Shown here piece by piece: positions 26,067 through 39,667 of a stretch of 64,000 nt of DNA; position 1 is the first letter of the stretch, and every line of letters starts with the position of its first letter. Source of the DNA: Octopus sinensis. Its lineage: Eukaryota. The notes beneath the pieces were generated by a model. That model did no database searches, had not been told where the DNA came from, and saw nothing but the letters and a program-made list of their open reading frames with translations. Location: assembly GCF_006345805.1 (NCBI RefSeq), contig NC_043005.1, positions 70,804,001 through 70,868,000 of the forward strand, read 5' to 3'. The translations under genes were made by a program, and so were the position numbers.

Positions 26067-26451
26067 CTGTACACATAAATTCAAATAGACCAATTATGAA
26101 CCTCCTGCCGTTTGTTTTCTTCACCCACCACAATGCATTCAGCAGTACCTTATCTAATGATTCATAGTTTTCAAACAATAGTTAAAGGGAGATTTTGGAC
26201 ATGCTGCTAAATTTAGCAAATTGAGTGACTTTGCAGGGACAAACTGTCAAGCTGCATCAACTGAGGCATCAGTGAGAAAATTCTGTTAGAATGATCTATA
26301 TTTAATCCACAAAATGCAGAGACAGTATTGGCCATGTGATTATGAATTTTGCTTCAAAGTCCCAAGGTTCCTCTTCCAATCTAATTACACAATATCTCAG
26401 AAAAATGTCTTATAACATTCCCTCACTCAGTCCCATATATATCTATATACT

Positions 26452-26704
26452 CTTTTACTCTTTTTTACTTGTTTCAGTCATTTGACTGTGGCCATGCTAG
26501 AGCACCGCCTTTAGTTGAGCAAATCGACCCCAGGACTTCTTCTTTGTAAGCCTAGTAATTATTCTATTCGTCTCTTTTACTGAACCACTAAGTTATGGAG
26601 ATGTAAACACACCACCATCGGTTGTCAAGCGGTGCTGGGGGGACAAACACAGACACACAAACATATACACACACACACATACATACATACATACATACAT
26701 ACAA

Positions 26705-26756
<52 letters not shown>

Positions 26757-26925
26757 TATATATACATATATACAACAGGCTTCTTTTCAGTTTCCATCTA
26801 GCAAATCCACTGACAAGGCTTTGGTTGGCCCTAGGCTATAGTAGAAGGCACTTGCCCATGGTGCCATGCAGTGGGACTGAACCTGGAACCATGTGGTTCA
26901 TAAGCAAGCTACCTACCACACAGCC
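26452..26925 (-). mobile_element. SINE family A
   Basis: Same blocks as the other copies. Confidence 0.85.
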
Positions 26926-27089
26926 ACGTACATTCATGCATTCATATATATTGTTGTTGCCAGCTGTCTGTCATAGGTCGATGTTGACTGTTTTGTTCAA
27001 CAAATAGCTTTGGATGGTGAGTAAGGCGCTTGGCATCATATCTGCACCAGACAGCTTCTCTGGGCCTGGCTTTACAGGTTCAAGACTAT

Positions 27090-27230
27090 CTCACATTAAA
27101 AGAATAAGTATGTGGTAGGACAGGCCACAGTGATGATAGGGTACTGAGGTGGAAGATGAGCTTTGTGGGGACGACAGTGGGAGAAAAACCAATAAAGATT
27201 GCTGGCTGATTCGCAGTGAGCAAGACAGCA
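27090..27230 (-). pseudogene. Possible PLE GIY-YIG C-terminal tail remnant
   Basis: Reverse-complement translation KLIFHLSTL resembles the E..LIF.LGTL.P.GLN end of PLE ORFs. Confidence 0.4.
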
Positions 27231-27294
27231 ATATGCATCTATGCATGTATGTATGTATGTATGTATGTATGTATGTATGTATGTATGTATAGGT

Positions 27295-27705
27295 GCAGGA
27301 GTGGCTGTGTGGTAAGTAGCTTGTTTACCAACCACATGGTTCCGGGTTCAGTCCCACTGCGTGGCACCTTGGGCAAGTGTCTTCTACTATAGCCTCAGGC
27401 CGACCAAAGCCTTGTGAGTGGATTTGGTAGACGGAAACTGAAAGAAGCCCGTCGTATATATATATATATATATATATATATGCGTGTGTGTGTTTGTGTG
27501 TCTGTGTTTGTCCCCCTAGCATTGCTTGACAACCAATGCTGGTGTATTTATGTCCCCGTTACTTAGCGGTTCGGCAAAAGAGACCGATAGAATAAGTACT
27601 GGGCTTACAAACGAATAAGTACCAGGGTTGAGTTGCTCGATTAAAGGCGGTGCTCCAGCATAGCCGCAGTCAAATGACTGAAACAAGTAAAAGAGAAAGA
27701 GAAAG
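27295..27705 (+). mobile_element. SINE family A (closest to consensus)
   Basis: gcaggagtggctgtgtggtaagtagcttgtttaccaaccacatggttccgggttcagtcc...gactgaaacaagtaaaagag. Confidence 0.9.
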
Positions 27706-28371
27706 AGAGATGTATGTATGCATGCATATCTATGTATTTGCATTTATATCAGTTTATAAACCAGTAGCTTCACTATATTATGTGCTTAAAGGTCCTGTAA
27801 TTTAGCAGCTTGACAAAAAAGTAATCAATTCCCTGTACTTATGTATTTGGTAGATAATAATATAATCAACTAAACTCTGCACAGTAATATCTTGACATGG
27901 CATCTGTCTGATGAGTCAGAACAGTAAAAGACTAATACAATAATTCAATAGCATTCAGAATTAATCGCAGCATGCTTTATGAAATAATACTTACCTTACC
28001 AACAGTAAAGTTCTCCAAAATATTACAAATATAGAAATGCTATCTGTTATAAAAGAAGTAAATTGAAAATTAACGTCAGGAAACAAATTAACTAAACGGG
28101 TAAAGTGTTTCTACAAGTTTCAAAATTACTTAGTGGAAAATTTATTATAAATTTATATTGTTTATATCTGCTTCAAGCTTTCTCTTGTATTTCTGAGGAA
28201 GATATAGCTGCATATCGACAGAATTTTTAGAGAGTGGATCAAAATAAATGATTTGCAGTATTTGTTTCAGCCCTCAGTGCTCCAGGTTCAAATCCTACTA
28301 AGTCAACTTTTCATTTTCTCCTTTCTGTCCAGACTGAAATTATATACACTGTTTATATTAGTCGGACTGAT

Positions 28372-28442
28372 GTTCTCACCTTGATTGTTACTTACATTAC
28401 TTTTCAGTTGTTGTATGCTCCAGCCTTCTTCGGGTGCCTTGT
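28372..28442 (-). mobile_element. Decayed fragment of the HHR-tailed SINE
   Basis: ttttcagttgttgtatgctccagccttcttcgggtgcctt aligns to tttcagctgatatagcctccagccttcatcaggtgcctt (about 61648-61686). Confidence 0.55.
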
Positions 28443-28529
28443 GTTGAACTAAATTGCTGTACTAGTATTTTTAAACCTAATTCTTTATTTGATCCACAGG
28501 GATACACTTTTTTCAATCTGCTCTCTTTC

Positions 28530-28910
28530 CTCTCTTTTACTTGTTTCAGTCATTTGATTGCAGCCATGCTGGAGCACCGTCTTTTAGTCAAGCAAATCGA
28601 CTCCAGGACTTATTCTTTGTAAGCCTAGTACTTAGTCTATCAGTCTCTTTTGCCAAACCGCTAAGTTACAGGGATGTGAACACACCAGCACCGGCTGTCA
28701 AGCGATGTTGGGGGGACAGACATAGCACACACACAAACACACATATATATACATATACATATAATTGACAGGCTTCTTTCAGTTTCCGGCTACCAAATCC
28801 ACTCATAAGGCTTTGTAGAAGACACTTGCCCAAAGTGCCATGCAGTGGGACTGAACCTGGAACCATGTGGTTGGTAAACAAGCTACTTTCCACGCAGCCA
28901 CTCCTGCTCT
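28530..28910 (-). mobile_element. SINE family A
   Basis: Same blocks as the other copies. Confidence 0.8.
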
Positions 28911-29407
28911 CTGCATTTTTTGACATTTTTGGCTTCAGTTGATTTTTGTTAATTACCAAGGTAAACTCCTCCCCTCAGATATATAGAGTTGTATTAATGA
29001 AATTGTTAAAGCATTAGATAGGATGCCTTGTAGTATTTGTTCCAGCTCCTTATGTTCTGTGATTCTGGGTTTTTATTTGAGATATAATCCATCTTTCACT
29101 TTAATACCACCACCTGGTCCTCCACTGCCTTTAGTAGAGTCCATTTTGTTGCTAGCATTCATGTTAAGTTTCTGGTTTCAAGATAACATCCCTCTTCACC
29201 CCAGCAATCTCAGATGCTCTGAAGAAAATAGTGATTCATGGATCTTTCTTCTCCTGTCTTGGGCTTAACTTAGGCTTGTATTAAGCACTAAGAGACAGAA
29301 GGCCAAGGAATAGGGAATTTCTGTAACATATACAACACTCTTCCTTGAGTGGGATGCTGCTCTATCACAGTAAAAAAAGAAATTCTGTGGCTGTGTGGTA
29401 GGTAGCT

Positions 29408-29810
29408 GGCGCAGGAGTGGCTGTGTGGTAGGTAGCTTGCTTACCAACCACATAGTTCCGGGTTCAGTACCACTGCGTGGCACCTTGGGCAAGTGTCTTC
29501 TACTATAGCCTCAGGTTGACCAAAGCCTTGTGAGTGGATTTGGTAGACGGAAACTGAAAGAAGCCCATCATATATATGTAGATGTATATATATGTGTTTC
29601 TGTGTCTGTGTTTGTCCCTCCAACATTGCTTGACAACTGATGCTGGTGTGTTTACGTTCCCGTAACTTAGCAGTTCGGCAAAAGAAACCGATAGAATAAG
29701 TACTAGGCTTACAAAGAATAAGTCCTGAGGTTGATTTGCTCGACTAAAATGCAGTGCTCCACCATGGCCACTGTCAAATGACTGAAACAAGTAAAAGAGT
29801 AAAAGAGTAA
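29408..29810 (+). mobile_element. SINE family A, with a short duplication of the head upstream
   Basis: gtggctgtgtggtaggtagct occurs at about 29387 and again at about 29417. Confidence 0.85.
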
Positions 29811-30294
29811 CCAATTATATATACAACCATGATTTTAAATAATAGAAACTTACATGCATATGCATCTTATTTCTGAATAAATAAATTCCTTAATTATTTC
29901 TGGATTTCTTTCACTGCAGTTGAGCAGCTTAATTTTGAAATAATTTTTGAATTGCCAGATTAGGAAGTTGATCTTAGAAAATTTTCAAATATGTCTAGCA
30001 TCACAATCTCTTTGAACAATTATTAAGCAATATCTTATGTCTTGCTTACAAATTTACAAGGGAGCCTCTACATTGCTCAAACTGCTAAAAATATTAGACA
30101 AATAACTCTGAACCATATAAAGAAAGGGAAGGACACTTAAGATAATGTAGTCCTTCATAACTCTAAAAAAAAAGACAAAATGGTCACCGTTAGACTGCCT
30201 TTCATCATTATTCTACTTTAATTGGTTTGCTGTGGTTGCTTTTTATCTTCCAGGTCAACCCTGATCAGGTAAATGTATGATAAGAAGTATTCTA

Positions 30295-30535
30295 GAAGGC
30301 AGCAAACTGGCAGAAACGTTAGCATGCCAGGCGAAATGCTTAGTGGTATTTCGTCTGCCACTACGTTCTGAGTTCAAATTCTGCCGAGGTCGACTTTGCC
30401 TTCCATCCTTTTGTGATCGATTAAATAAGTACCAGTTACACACTGGGATCGATATAATCGATTTAATCCGTTTGCCTGTCTTTGTTTGTTCCCTCTGTGT
30501 GTAGCCTCATGTGGGCAGTAAAGAAATAAGAAGTA
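30295..30535 (+). mobile_element. SINE family M
   Basis: Full head, core and tail. Confidence 0.8.
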
Positions 30536-31591
30536 TTCTAGAATTGACTATCTTATTTTCGAGGGGTCTCAAACAATACATCATCCAAAGCATCCTTTCT
30601 ATCTTTAAGACTCTGGAAGGTATTTGCAAGGGATTTGGTTGCTCTTTCTATTAAAAGCTCTTTTCTTACCTAAAAAAACAAACCCTTCTAAACATCTATT
30701 TCTTAAATACAAGCAATCTATGTAGTACTTACAACAAAAACACACTATACATTACAAAGGTTATCTATTTATTCATTTATTCTTTGTTTATTATTAAATT
30801 ACTTAGGTCTTTAATTTTCCAGTTCAGTATTTCACTTCCATAATACAATGTCGCAATAGCCAAGGTATTGATTGCTATGGTTTTGTTTTCTTGAGTTTAA
30901 GACTTGGAATCAATTTAAAGCTTCTGAAATATTCATTTGCAAACATTACTTTCTTCTGTTTTCCTATTTAACCATACAATGCGCCTGTATTTTATATTCA
31001 TTTTTCTCAATAGATTTTTATCTATTTTTATCAACTAGTAACACTTCTTCAAACTCAAATACTTTATTATTTTTTTTTTTTAACCGTCAATACTTGTTTA
31101 TACTAAACTACAAGTTATGACTTCAGAAAATAAATGAGTTGGGTTAATGATTTTACTAAGATTTTTATCTGTTCTTCAGATATTATTTCTAGCTTACATT
31201 TAAATTTCATGACCTCCTATTGAAAAAAGCAAGTCATCATTACTAAAACTGCAAACTAAAAAATTAGTAGTCAAATTTTCCTCATATCACACCAAAATGA
31301 TTCTTCACAAAAGGTAATAGGCAGTGGATAATGTATTTCCAGAAACAGCATCTCTTAAAAAAGAGAGAGACCAGATGATCATAGGTGGAATGACTTTGGC
31401 TTAAGGTTTATTTAGTCATGACAAACCAGGTGTTAAACAACAACAGCAGGCTCCTTGTCTTTCGCCCTTCAAGAAATAGCACCTTGGGTAAAACCTTAAA
31501 CTTTACATTTAGTAGTTATGACATGGAAATGATCTATTACATTCGCCTTGTTCATGTTCTTCTTCACCACTGTTACGATTTCATCTCACAG

Positions 31592-31668
31592 ATCTGGGAA
31601 TTGCCTCATTCTGTTGCCAGTTGCAGCTGTGGTCATCCAAAACTGCAGTGAACAAGCATGGCTAGCAC
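31592..31668 (+). CDS. Candidate 77-nt exon (phase 2-1; SGNCLILLPVAAVVIQNCSEQAWLA)
   Basis: Acceptor gatttcatctcacag, donor gtaaga, one open frame; joins in frame to 34399. Confidence 0.4.
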
Positions 31669-32053
31669 GTAAGAAGTTCATACTCTGAAAAGGCTGTCAG
31701 TCCACCAGGATTCTGTCTAGGTCAGTGGTTCTCAAACTTTTTCAGGCTGCTGCCCTCTTGACACCCAGGCCACAATCCTAGCACCCCCACCCCAACTAAC
31801 CATCAAAAATATAGATCTCTTTCTGAATCAAATACAAAGCAAATAAGACTTAACCTAATGAACCCATTATTTTGTTGTTTTTACATGAATTACTACCTCT
31901 TTATAGCTCCACTTTACTTCAACTTTCTTGGAACTTTCTACTACTCTCAAGGGAGTAATACTGCCACCTTTGGGAACCATTGATCTAGGTTAAAAAAAAC
32001 ATAAGTAACAAATATGAACAATGAAATATTTATAGATGTAGGAAATATTTATA

Positions 32054-32560
32054 GGCGTAGGAGTGGCTGTATGGTAAGTAGCTTGCTTATAAGGCGCCGA
32101 GCTGGCAGAAACGTTAGCACGCCGGGCGAAATGCGTAGCCGTATTTCATCTGCTGTTACGTTCTGAGTTCAAATTCCGCCGAGGTTGACTTTGCCTTTCA
32201 TCCTTTCGGGGTCGATTAAATAAGTACCAGTTACGCATGGTTCCAGGTTCAGTTCCACTGCATGGCACCTTGGGCAAGTGTTTTGTGAGTGGATTTGGTA
32301 TATGGAAACTGAAAGAAGCTCATCGAATATATGTATATTTATTTATATATATGTATATGTGTATATGTTTGTGTGTCTGTGCTTGTTCCCCCAACATCTT
32401 CATGTGTTTACATCCCTGTTACTTAGCGGTTCAGCAAAAGAGACCAATAGAATAAGTACTAGGCTTACAAAGAATAAGTCTTTGGGTCGATTCGCTCAAC
32501 TAAAGGCGGTGCTCCAGCATGGCCGCAGTCAAATGACTGAAACAAGTAAAAGAGTAAAAG
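32054..32560 (+). mobile_element. SINE family A interrupted by a 3'-truncated family M SINE (32091-32236)
   Basis: The head breaks at gcttgcttat|aaggcgccgagctggc and resumes at catggttccagg. Confidence 0.85.
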
Positions 32561-33041
32561 AGATGTATTAATAAGCAGCAAATGTACAGTATTCAATCAT
32601 ATGCTGTTAATAAAAATGAACTATCATACTACTACTACTACTACCAACAGTTATAACAACAATAGCACCAACAGTAGTAGCAACAACAACAGTAATTATA
32701 GATTGTAGTCTAGACACGAGGCCGGAATGGGATTTTAGTTGATTAAATCAATCTCAGTATTTGACTGGAACATTTTTTCTCTTCCTTGGGCCTTTTGTCT
32801 CTTGTCCCTCTGGGGTCAAAAATTTGTAAGAAATTCCGAAGCACTTTTGTTTCAAAAATATTGATTTAAAAGACAGTGGTGGAAGGAGAAGTGAGAGGTA
32901 ATTCTGAAAGGAGGATTTCCACCAACCGCCACCTCAAAGTTCAAAGACTAAAATGTTACATAAATGCCATGGCCACCACTAACACCATCACAACTGCTAC
33001 TATTACTACTACTACTGCTTAACTGGTACATTTTCCCTCTT

Positions 33042-33274
33042 AAGGTGGTGAGCTGGCAGAAACGTTAGCATGCCGGGTGAGATGCTTAGCAGTATTTCGT
33101 CTGACGCTACGTTCTGAGTTCAAATTCTGCCGAGGTCGACTTTGCCTTTCATCCTTTTGGGGTCGATTAAATAAGTACCAGTTATGCACTGGGGTCGATA
33201 TAATCAATTTCATCCGTTTGCCTGTCCTTGTTTGTCCTCTCTGTATTTAACTCCTTGTGGGTAGTAAAGAAATA
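33042..33274 (+). mobile_element. SINE family M with a 17-bp target site duplication
   Basis: ggtacattttccctctt (33025-33041) and ggtacatttttccctctt (33275-33292). Confidence 0.9.
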
Positions 33275-34398
33275 GGTACATTTTTCCCTCTTCACCCAAT
33301 TTCGTTGAGTCTTCTTCTTTGAGATGTTTTACTCATTTCGCATTTGTGTTTACACGAAGTGGTGATAGGTTTTCCTGTGTAACAATTATCCCTTCCTCGT
33401 CATTCGATGTTGATGTGATACCACTGGTTGGCACTGTTAGGAGAGGAGATGTCTGTTCATTTACACCTTCTACTGGATATAAAGATTCTTGTTATATCTA
33501 GAATTTGGGATGATCCTGGTCTGAAAACAAGGGTTTGTAATTCATTTTGCTGTTGCATGTGATTTTCCTTATTTTTGTTTGTCTTTCTTTTTTTACTACA
33601 TAGGATTTTCAATTCTTTAGGGCATTCAGCCCTCAATCTATCTTTACTATGGGGAATTTTGTAACTAAGCATTCTGCTCTGAAGTATTAGTTTAATTCCC
33701 TTTAATACAGTGCTTTTAATGGGTCATAATTTTATTATGAGTTCACTAGAACTTGAAATTCCATTTTGATGCTCCCTCACTACATGTAACATTCCGTTAA
33801 CCTTATTTGAACCACTTATCATACTGAGTGATAAAAAAGTAACGACTACCCACACAGCTACATTATATAAATGTTTCTTATTGCTATTTTTGTATTTCTT
33901 TAACCAGTGTATTAGATCACAAATATATAGTCTGACAATGATACCCTGTATTTTGGCTGACTCTTCAGTGTTGAATGTACAGCAGATAGTGTTATAATCT
34001 TTACCTTTATTACTTGAAAAAAGTTTCCCTGACATTCGTGGGAAGAGTTTTTACGAGAGGAGAGATTTAGTTCACTTCCATACTTTTATAAGCAGAGGCA
34101 TATAATTTTTTCCTATTTTCCTACCCTAAATTTGCTCCTATGACAGAGAAATGCTGTTTGGATTTACGAAGTTTTCTCATTTACATTTTTTTGTAGTTAT
34201 CTGAGGTCTAAAAGTTTTGCTTGTTCAGTGTGTATTAAAAGAAAATTCACTTTGGCACAACTGTATGAACAGACTACAAGGTATGATTCCACCTAAGAGT
34301 CACTGCTGGTGTTGTTGTTGTTGTTGTTATTATTAATATTGTTATCTTTGAAACTACCTAACTGTGTTGTCTTTCGTTTTTCTCTTTTGTTTTTGCAG

Positions 34399-34418
34399 CG
34401 TTCAGTCTTGTAGCATAA
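34399..34418 (+). CDS. Candidate terminal exon (PFSLVA* when spliced to 31668)
   Basis: Branch-point-like cctaac, long polypyrimidine tract and gcag; AATAAA at 34604-34609 followed by U-rich sequence. Confidence 0.4.
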
Positions 34419-34680
34419 GTATATTTTCGTAGCCATTTTGGGTGTGAAAATGTAATATGTGAAATTAAATTATTCATGTTTGTAAAATATGTTTATTTTT
34501 TAAATTTTTTTCTGTCTCTGGGTACTGAAAGCAGGCGTTCTTTAGGCAATTATGGTTCTTTTTTTATAAGTACACCAAAGAAAACTTAATTTGGTAATGC
34601 TTGAATAAATCGTGAATTTGTTTTTTCCAAGAGGGAAGAAAAACGACACCCATCCCAGTACAAGAATCAAATAGTAATAT

Positions 34681-34751
<71 letters not shown>

Positions 34752-34881
34752 ATAATAATAATAATAATAAAAATAATATTTTCTGTTGTTATTGCCACAA
34801 GAATATTTTTAGACATACTATAAAATCACAGAAGCTACCAAAATTGTGAATATAGACAAATAAGTAGAGAGATAAAGGCAG

Positions 34882-34975
<94 letters not shown>

Positions 34976-35537
34976 GGACATTAGTTTTTAAAAATATATA
35001 ATCTAAAGCATGTTGGGCATTTAAGACTACCCACTCAAAAGTATGTGAAGACCTATGAGTTTGGTTGCATCAGAATAATTCTCATATCTGGCTGCCTGCC
35101 ATAAATATAGTGTCATTCTGGATGAGTCTACGATGAGTTTGAATGTTGGAATGGTTTGTGAGTGGCTCAAATTCTATTGAAGCCTTAGCTTCGTCTGCCT
35201 ATAAACCATTGGTTTCCACCAGCAGCATATATCTCTTGGGTATTCTCTGAATTCAGCACTTTGTTGGTTACATTTTCCTCTATTAGGAAATCTATCAGTT
35301 CCTTGTTGGAATTTCTTGAAACTAAAAATTTTGTGTTTCACCAGAAAATGAACTTTTCAGTTTTTTCTTTAAAGAAAGTATTTGAGGTCCTTCTTTTGCA
35401 CACCAATTCTCAATGCTGACTTTTCTTCCCTTGTATTGTTCCTGTCAGCCTGTCACTTTTCTCCAGTCTTCTTTTTCTTCTCCTGATCATAAGATGATGA
35501 GATATCACTAGTTCAGAATGGGGGGAGTTAACATTGA

Positions 35538-35759
35538 CCCTTTAGTGTTCACATTATTTTGCCAAAATTAATCTTTTTTTTATCCACATTGTTTTGAACT
35601 AATCATGCATTATCTTGTAGCTATGAGATTTTGATGAGGTAACTGTTAATGTTCAGAAAGATATTGTAGGGTTGGTGTGAGAGACCAGATCTGGCCAGTT
35701 TGAACTTAAAACAGGCAGAATAATTTTGGCCGGGTATGGCCAGTTTAAATGCTAAAGGG
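35538..35759. mobile_element. piggyBac-like MITE
   Basis: ttga|ccctttagtg...atgctaaaggg|ttaa; homologous to the copies at 41457 and 51054. Confidence 0.65.
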
Positions 35760-36579
35760 TTAATCTTCAGCTTCTGACTCACAGAACGAAACGAGTCATA
35801 GAGGCACATTTAAGGCCATTAATCAAAAATGTGATTAGCTATGTTGTTTAAGCAGAAGCTTCTGAGATATGCTGTTGTTTCTGTTGGCTCACCTGCTCTC
35901 TTTTTCTTGGCTTTTCTACTTCTTTTGGCCATGAAAGCTCACACATGGCTCCTGGCGAATCTTCTGCCTGGCGAACTTCTGCTGACTCTTTCACCACAAC
36001 TTTCTCTCACTCTTTCCTCCTGCATCTTGTAGCTCACCTGCGACAGACTGGCGTCCCATCCAGTGGGGGAACCTATACGCCAAGAAACCGGGAAACTGGC
36101 CCTTACGAGCCAGGCATGATTCAAGAAGGAACAAACAACAATACTGTGATATTGCTGAGTTCTTTGCTGAGTTCTTTGCCGGCCATTAGAATGTGCAATT
36201 TCAATGAGACTCTACCTAAACGTATGTAATTCTTGACGACTTTGACACTCACTTCCTGACTATAATACTGCCTTAAAAATTTACCAACAAGCCAAGAATG
36301 AATATTGTTATCAGTACCTTTGATTATGACCCTCATTGTGCATTAGTCTTAGAACTGCAACCCCAGTGGGTAGGAGATGTTTCACAAACCATCTTCAGTT
36401 CCAAAAGTGAGGTACATGGTTCTATAATTTCCCTTGATCTGAAGATGAGATATCAGCTTATTCTACTGGAAGAGCTTTCACTGATTGTACAGCTGAGGGT
36501 ATGAGGAAATCAACTCTGATTTCAGCAGACATCAATCAGTGACTTTCTATAGTTCTCTTTCTTAGATATGAAAATCAAA

Positions 36580-36922
36580 AATTAATGGAAATTGCAGTTG
36601 TGATACCAGTGCTGGTGGCACGTAAAAGAACCATCCGAATGTGGGCGTTGCCAGCACTGCCTCGATTGGCCTCCATGCCAGTGGCACGTAAAAAGCACCA
36701 ACCGATCGTGGCTGTTGCCATCCTCGCCTGGCACGTAAAAAGCACCCACTACACTCATGGAGTGGTTGGCGTTAGGAAGGGCATCAAGCTGTAGAAATAC
36801 TGCCAGATCAGACTGGAGCCTGGTGCAGCCTCCTGGCTTCCCAGACCCCAGTCGAACCGTCCAACCCATGCTAGCATGGAAAGCGGATGTTAAACGATGA
36901 TGATGATGATGATGATGATGAT
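36580..36922 (+). mobile_element. RTE LINE 3' UTR copy
   Basis: Three ggcacgtaaaa(a)g(c/a)acc modules and a (GAT)n tail. Confidence 0.85.
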
Positions 36923-38975
36923 AAAGATAATTATATCTTTATTAACAAATTTTCCCCTGTGAATGTTTTCTCAAACTAGTTCGATCATATTCAAAATTCA
37001 CCAATCGTTAGCAGCACAGGCAAATATGAAACTGCTATATTTTTAGCCGTTTTGTTCGTTTGGCAAAGAATGTGCTTGCATTTCTATATTGCAGTTATGC
37101 TGGATACTCTATTCCATATTCTACATAGATGAAACATAATTAATGTAACATAAAGCATACAGCACTTTCTCTACACAATCAACCTCCGACACTAATGCTT
37201 TATAACAAGAATCATATAGAATACGTATGAAACATAAATACAAACCAACAAAATAATGCTTCTCACACTGCATGTACTTTATACAACAGATGAAACACCA
37301 AAATAACATCAAAATCTTCAAAACAAATCCTATAACAAAGCAGACTTGATGTAGGATACAAACACAATCTGACATTCCCAAAAGACAGCATTGCACCGTT
37401 CTTAAGGAAACATGGAATTGTAGTAGAAACTTGCATAAAACTGATGAAAGCATGATGATGGTGGAGGTGGAGGGGGGAAGCAGTTGTCATCGTGGTTGTC
37501 TTAGTTGTGGTGATGATGATGATGGTGATGGTGATGGTGAGGAGAAAAGAATAAGATTAGGATAAGTAGTAAAAGATAACAACAGAGAAAGAACTAGAAG
37601 GAAGAATAAAGAACGCAAAGCTATCCAAGGGTATGAAATGTCTATTCTAACAACATATCTTCTTTGTTACCGCTTTTCGAAAACCACTATAATAAAATTG
37701 TTAGCCTTTCTAATATCAATTTTTATCGCGCCTAAAGACAGATGGATATGATAATCAGGAAAAAATATTGTGATAAATGCTGTAAAGAGCAAAGGTCAGG
37801 ATATAAAACCCAAACCACTAATCAAATTTTAGGCAGAAGTGAAAGGAAAAAAAAAGTTATTTGGCTAAGGAAATCTGCCTTGCTGGAACTATAGATATAT
37901 CATACAGCATATCTCTATGAGAGTTTCATATATAGCTTAGACCAAGTTGCTTCATATTATCTTACAGCAAATCTGATATGAATGAAGGAAAGTATCAATA
38001 CAAGCATGAATAGTTATTTAATACTCAGTTTATTGCATAATATTTTACAGGATATTTTATGCATTCAGCAGACATTATAAAACCTCATAGCTAAGTCAAT
38101 AAAGACACATTTTTTTGTTGTAGTTGTTGCTGCATTTTTTTTATTATTTTATATTTTTGTTATAATGTTGAAAAACAAAAAATGGTATTAATACATTTCT
38201 TTTATGATTCTTATTTTCAATATATGCGTATGGAGAACAAAAATAATTGCAAAAGAATAGAAATGTAAATATAAAGCGGATACTGTGTGAAAGTATGAAA
38301 GATAAATACCCCGGTAAAACTTTTCACTAAAACTGCTATTTTATGTAATAAAATCTTGTATTGTCAGAATGGAAATTTTGGGTGAATACAGATTAAATAA
38401 ATGAAATACAGATTGAGATTTCATAGAAATTTCACTGGAAAGCGAGAAAATACAAATCATTTTTACAACTAGCAGTTTCACTGAAAATTAAGTTAATTAA
38501 TTTTTTTTATTTTTTTATTTTATTTTATTTATTTTTTGTCAGAAGAATTATAGCAAAAACGAAAAAAACATCAAATGATGAAATGCAAATGTATTCCATT
38601 TGTTTAATAAGAAAATACTTTCATGAAGAGTGCAGCTGTAGATGACTGAGAAAATAGAAGCCAACGAGAGGGTCTCCATGTGATCCCTCAGCCTGCTAAA
38701 AACAGCAGCCAAACACCATTAAATCACACAAAAGTCTTTGAAAATAAAGAGCAGGTTCATTGTCAATATAATGTCTAATATCCAAAAATGATAGGATGGT
38801 CATGGCTGGAACACCATTTACTATAAAACTGTTCAAAAGGGCTGACACAAGGCTAAGCAACAACAGCAATAGAGTGACTGTGACAAAGGGAATTGCTCAA
38901 GGGGTCAGTGATTAATATGTTGTCAAGCATTAAGGCAGCAAGCTGGCAGAAATGTTAGTACTCCTAAATATGTAG

Positions 38976-39020
<45 letters not shown>

Positions 39021-39024
<4 letters not shown>

Positions 39025-39159
39025 ATCCAAACATGAAAACACAAAGAGAAAACACAACAATGAGAGGACATGGAACAAGTATAGTGTTATTAGACGCTCA
39101 GAAAAGGAAAGAAAGAAGGAGAGACGGAGGAAAAAAATTGCCAATGGTACACACGTGGT

Positions 39160-39165
<6 letters not shown>
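39021..39165 (-). mobile_element. PLE-type family B element with the HHR segment deleted, inside a (TA)n array
   Basis: gttaatccaaac...ggtacacacgtggtcac with (TA)n on both sides. Confidence 0.7.
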
Positions 39166-39190
<25 letters not shown>

Positions 39191-39667
39191 GTGTAGGAAG
39201 AAATGGAGCTGAACGAAGATTTAACAAAATTCCTTTTTATTATTTTCTACATATGTTTCGAAGGCTGCAAAGTCCCTAATTCGGATTGAATAAGGAGTCC
39301 ATTTTGCAGCCTTCTCATCAGGAAATCCAGGAACTTAATTCTCCAACAAAATGCACAGCAAGCTTTTTGACAAACGCTCACGAGGAGCCCATGAACTGCA
39401 AAATGGACTCCTTATTCAATCCGAATTAGGGACTTTACAGCCTTTGAAACATATGTAGAAAATAATAAAAAGGAATTTTGTTAAATCTTCGTTCAGCTCC
39501 ATTTCTTCCTACACTTAATATATAAAACTTCAAATTTCCGCACAAAGGCACGGATTTTATGCTCCATGGTCGTAACTTCAACCATGCTTTTTCTGTTGTG
39601 ATTTTTGCTACCCAGGTATCGGTTATCATTTGAATTATCCATAATAAGATAATTCATTTATCTACTT

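Noticed and set aside
25444-26178. 193-244 aa ORFs (poly-D/E, poly-K/M, poly-S) on both strands
   Set aside because: All are readings of one compound trinucleotide tract, with no splice signals or unique coding flanks.
27905-27945. CTGATGA-gtc...gac hammerhead-like word
   Set aside because: It lacks the GAAA half and a stem I, so it is probably chance.
30254-30268. 15-nt micro-exon with strong splice signals
   Set aside because: It lies in a sequence resembling dispersed repeats at about 38.8 and 53.3 kb (tcagccctgat family) and cannot be placed in a consistent exon chain.
36298-36504. Plus-strand ORF MNIVISTFDYDPHC... ending at a possible donor (agg|gtatga)
   Set aside because: The opposite strand looks like decayed ORF1-type coding sequence, so this is probably its antisense shadow; no supporting partner exon was found.
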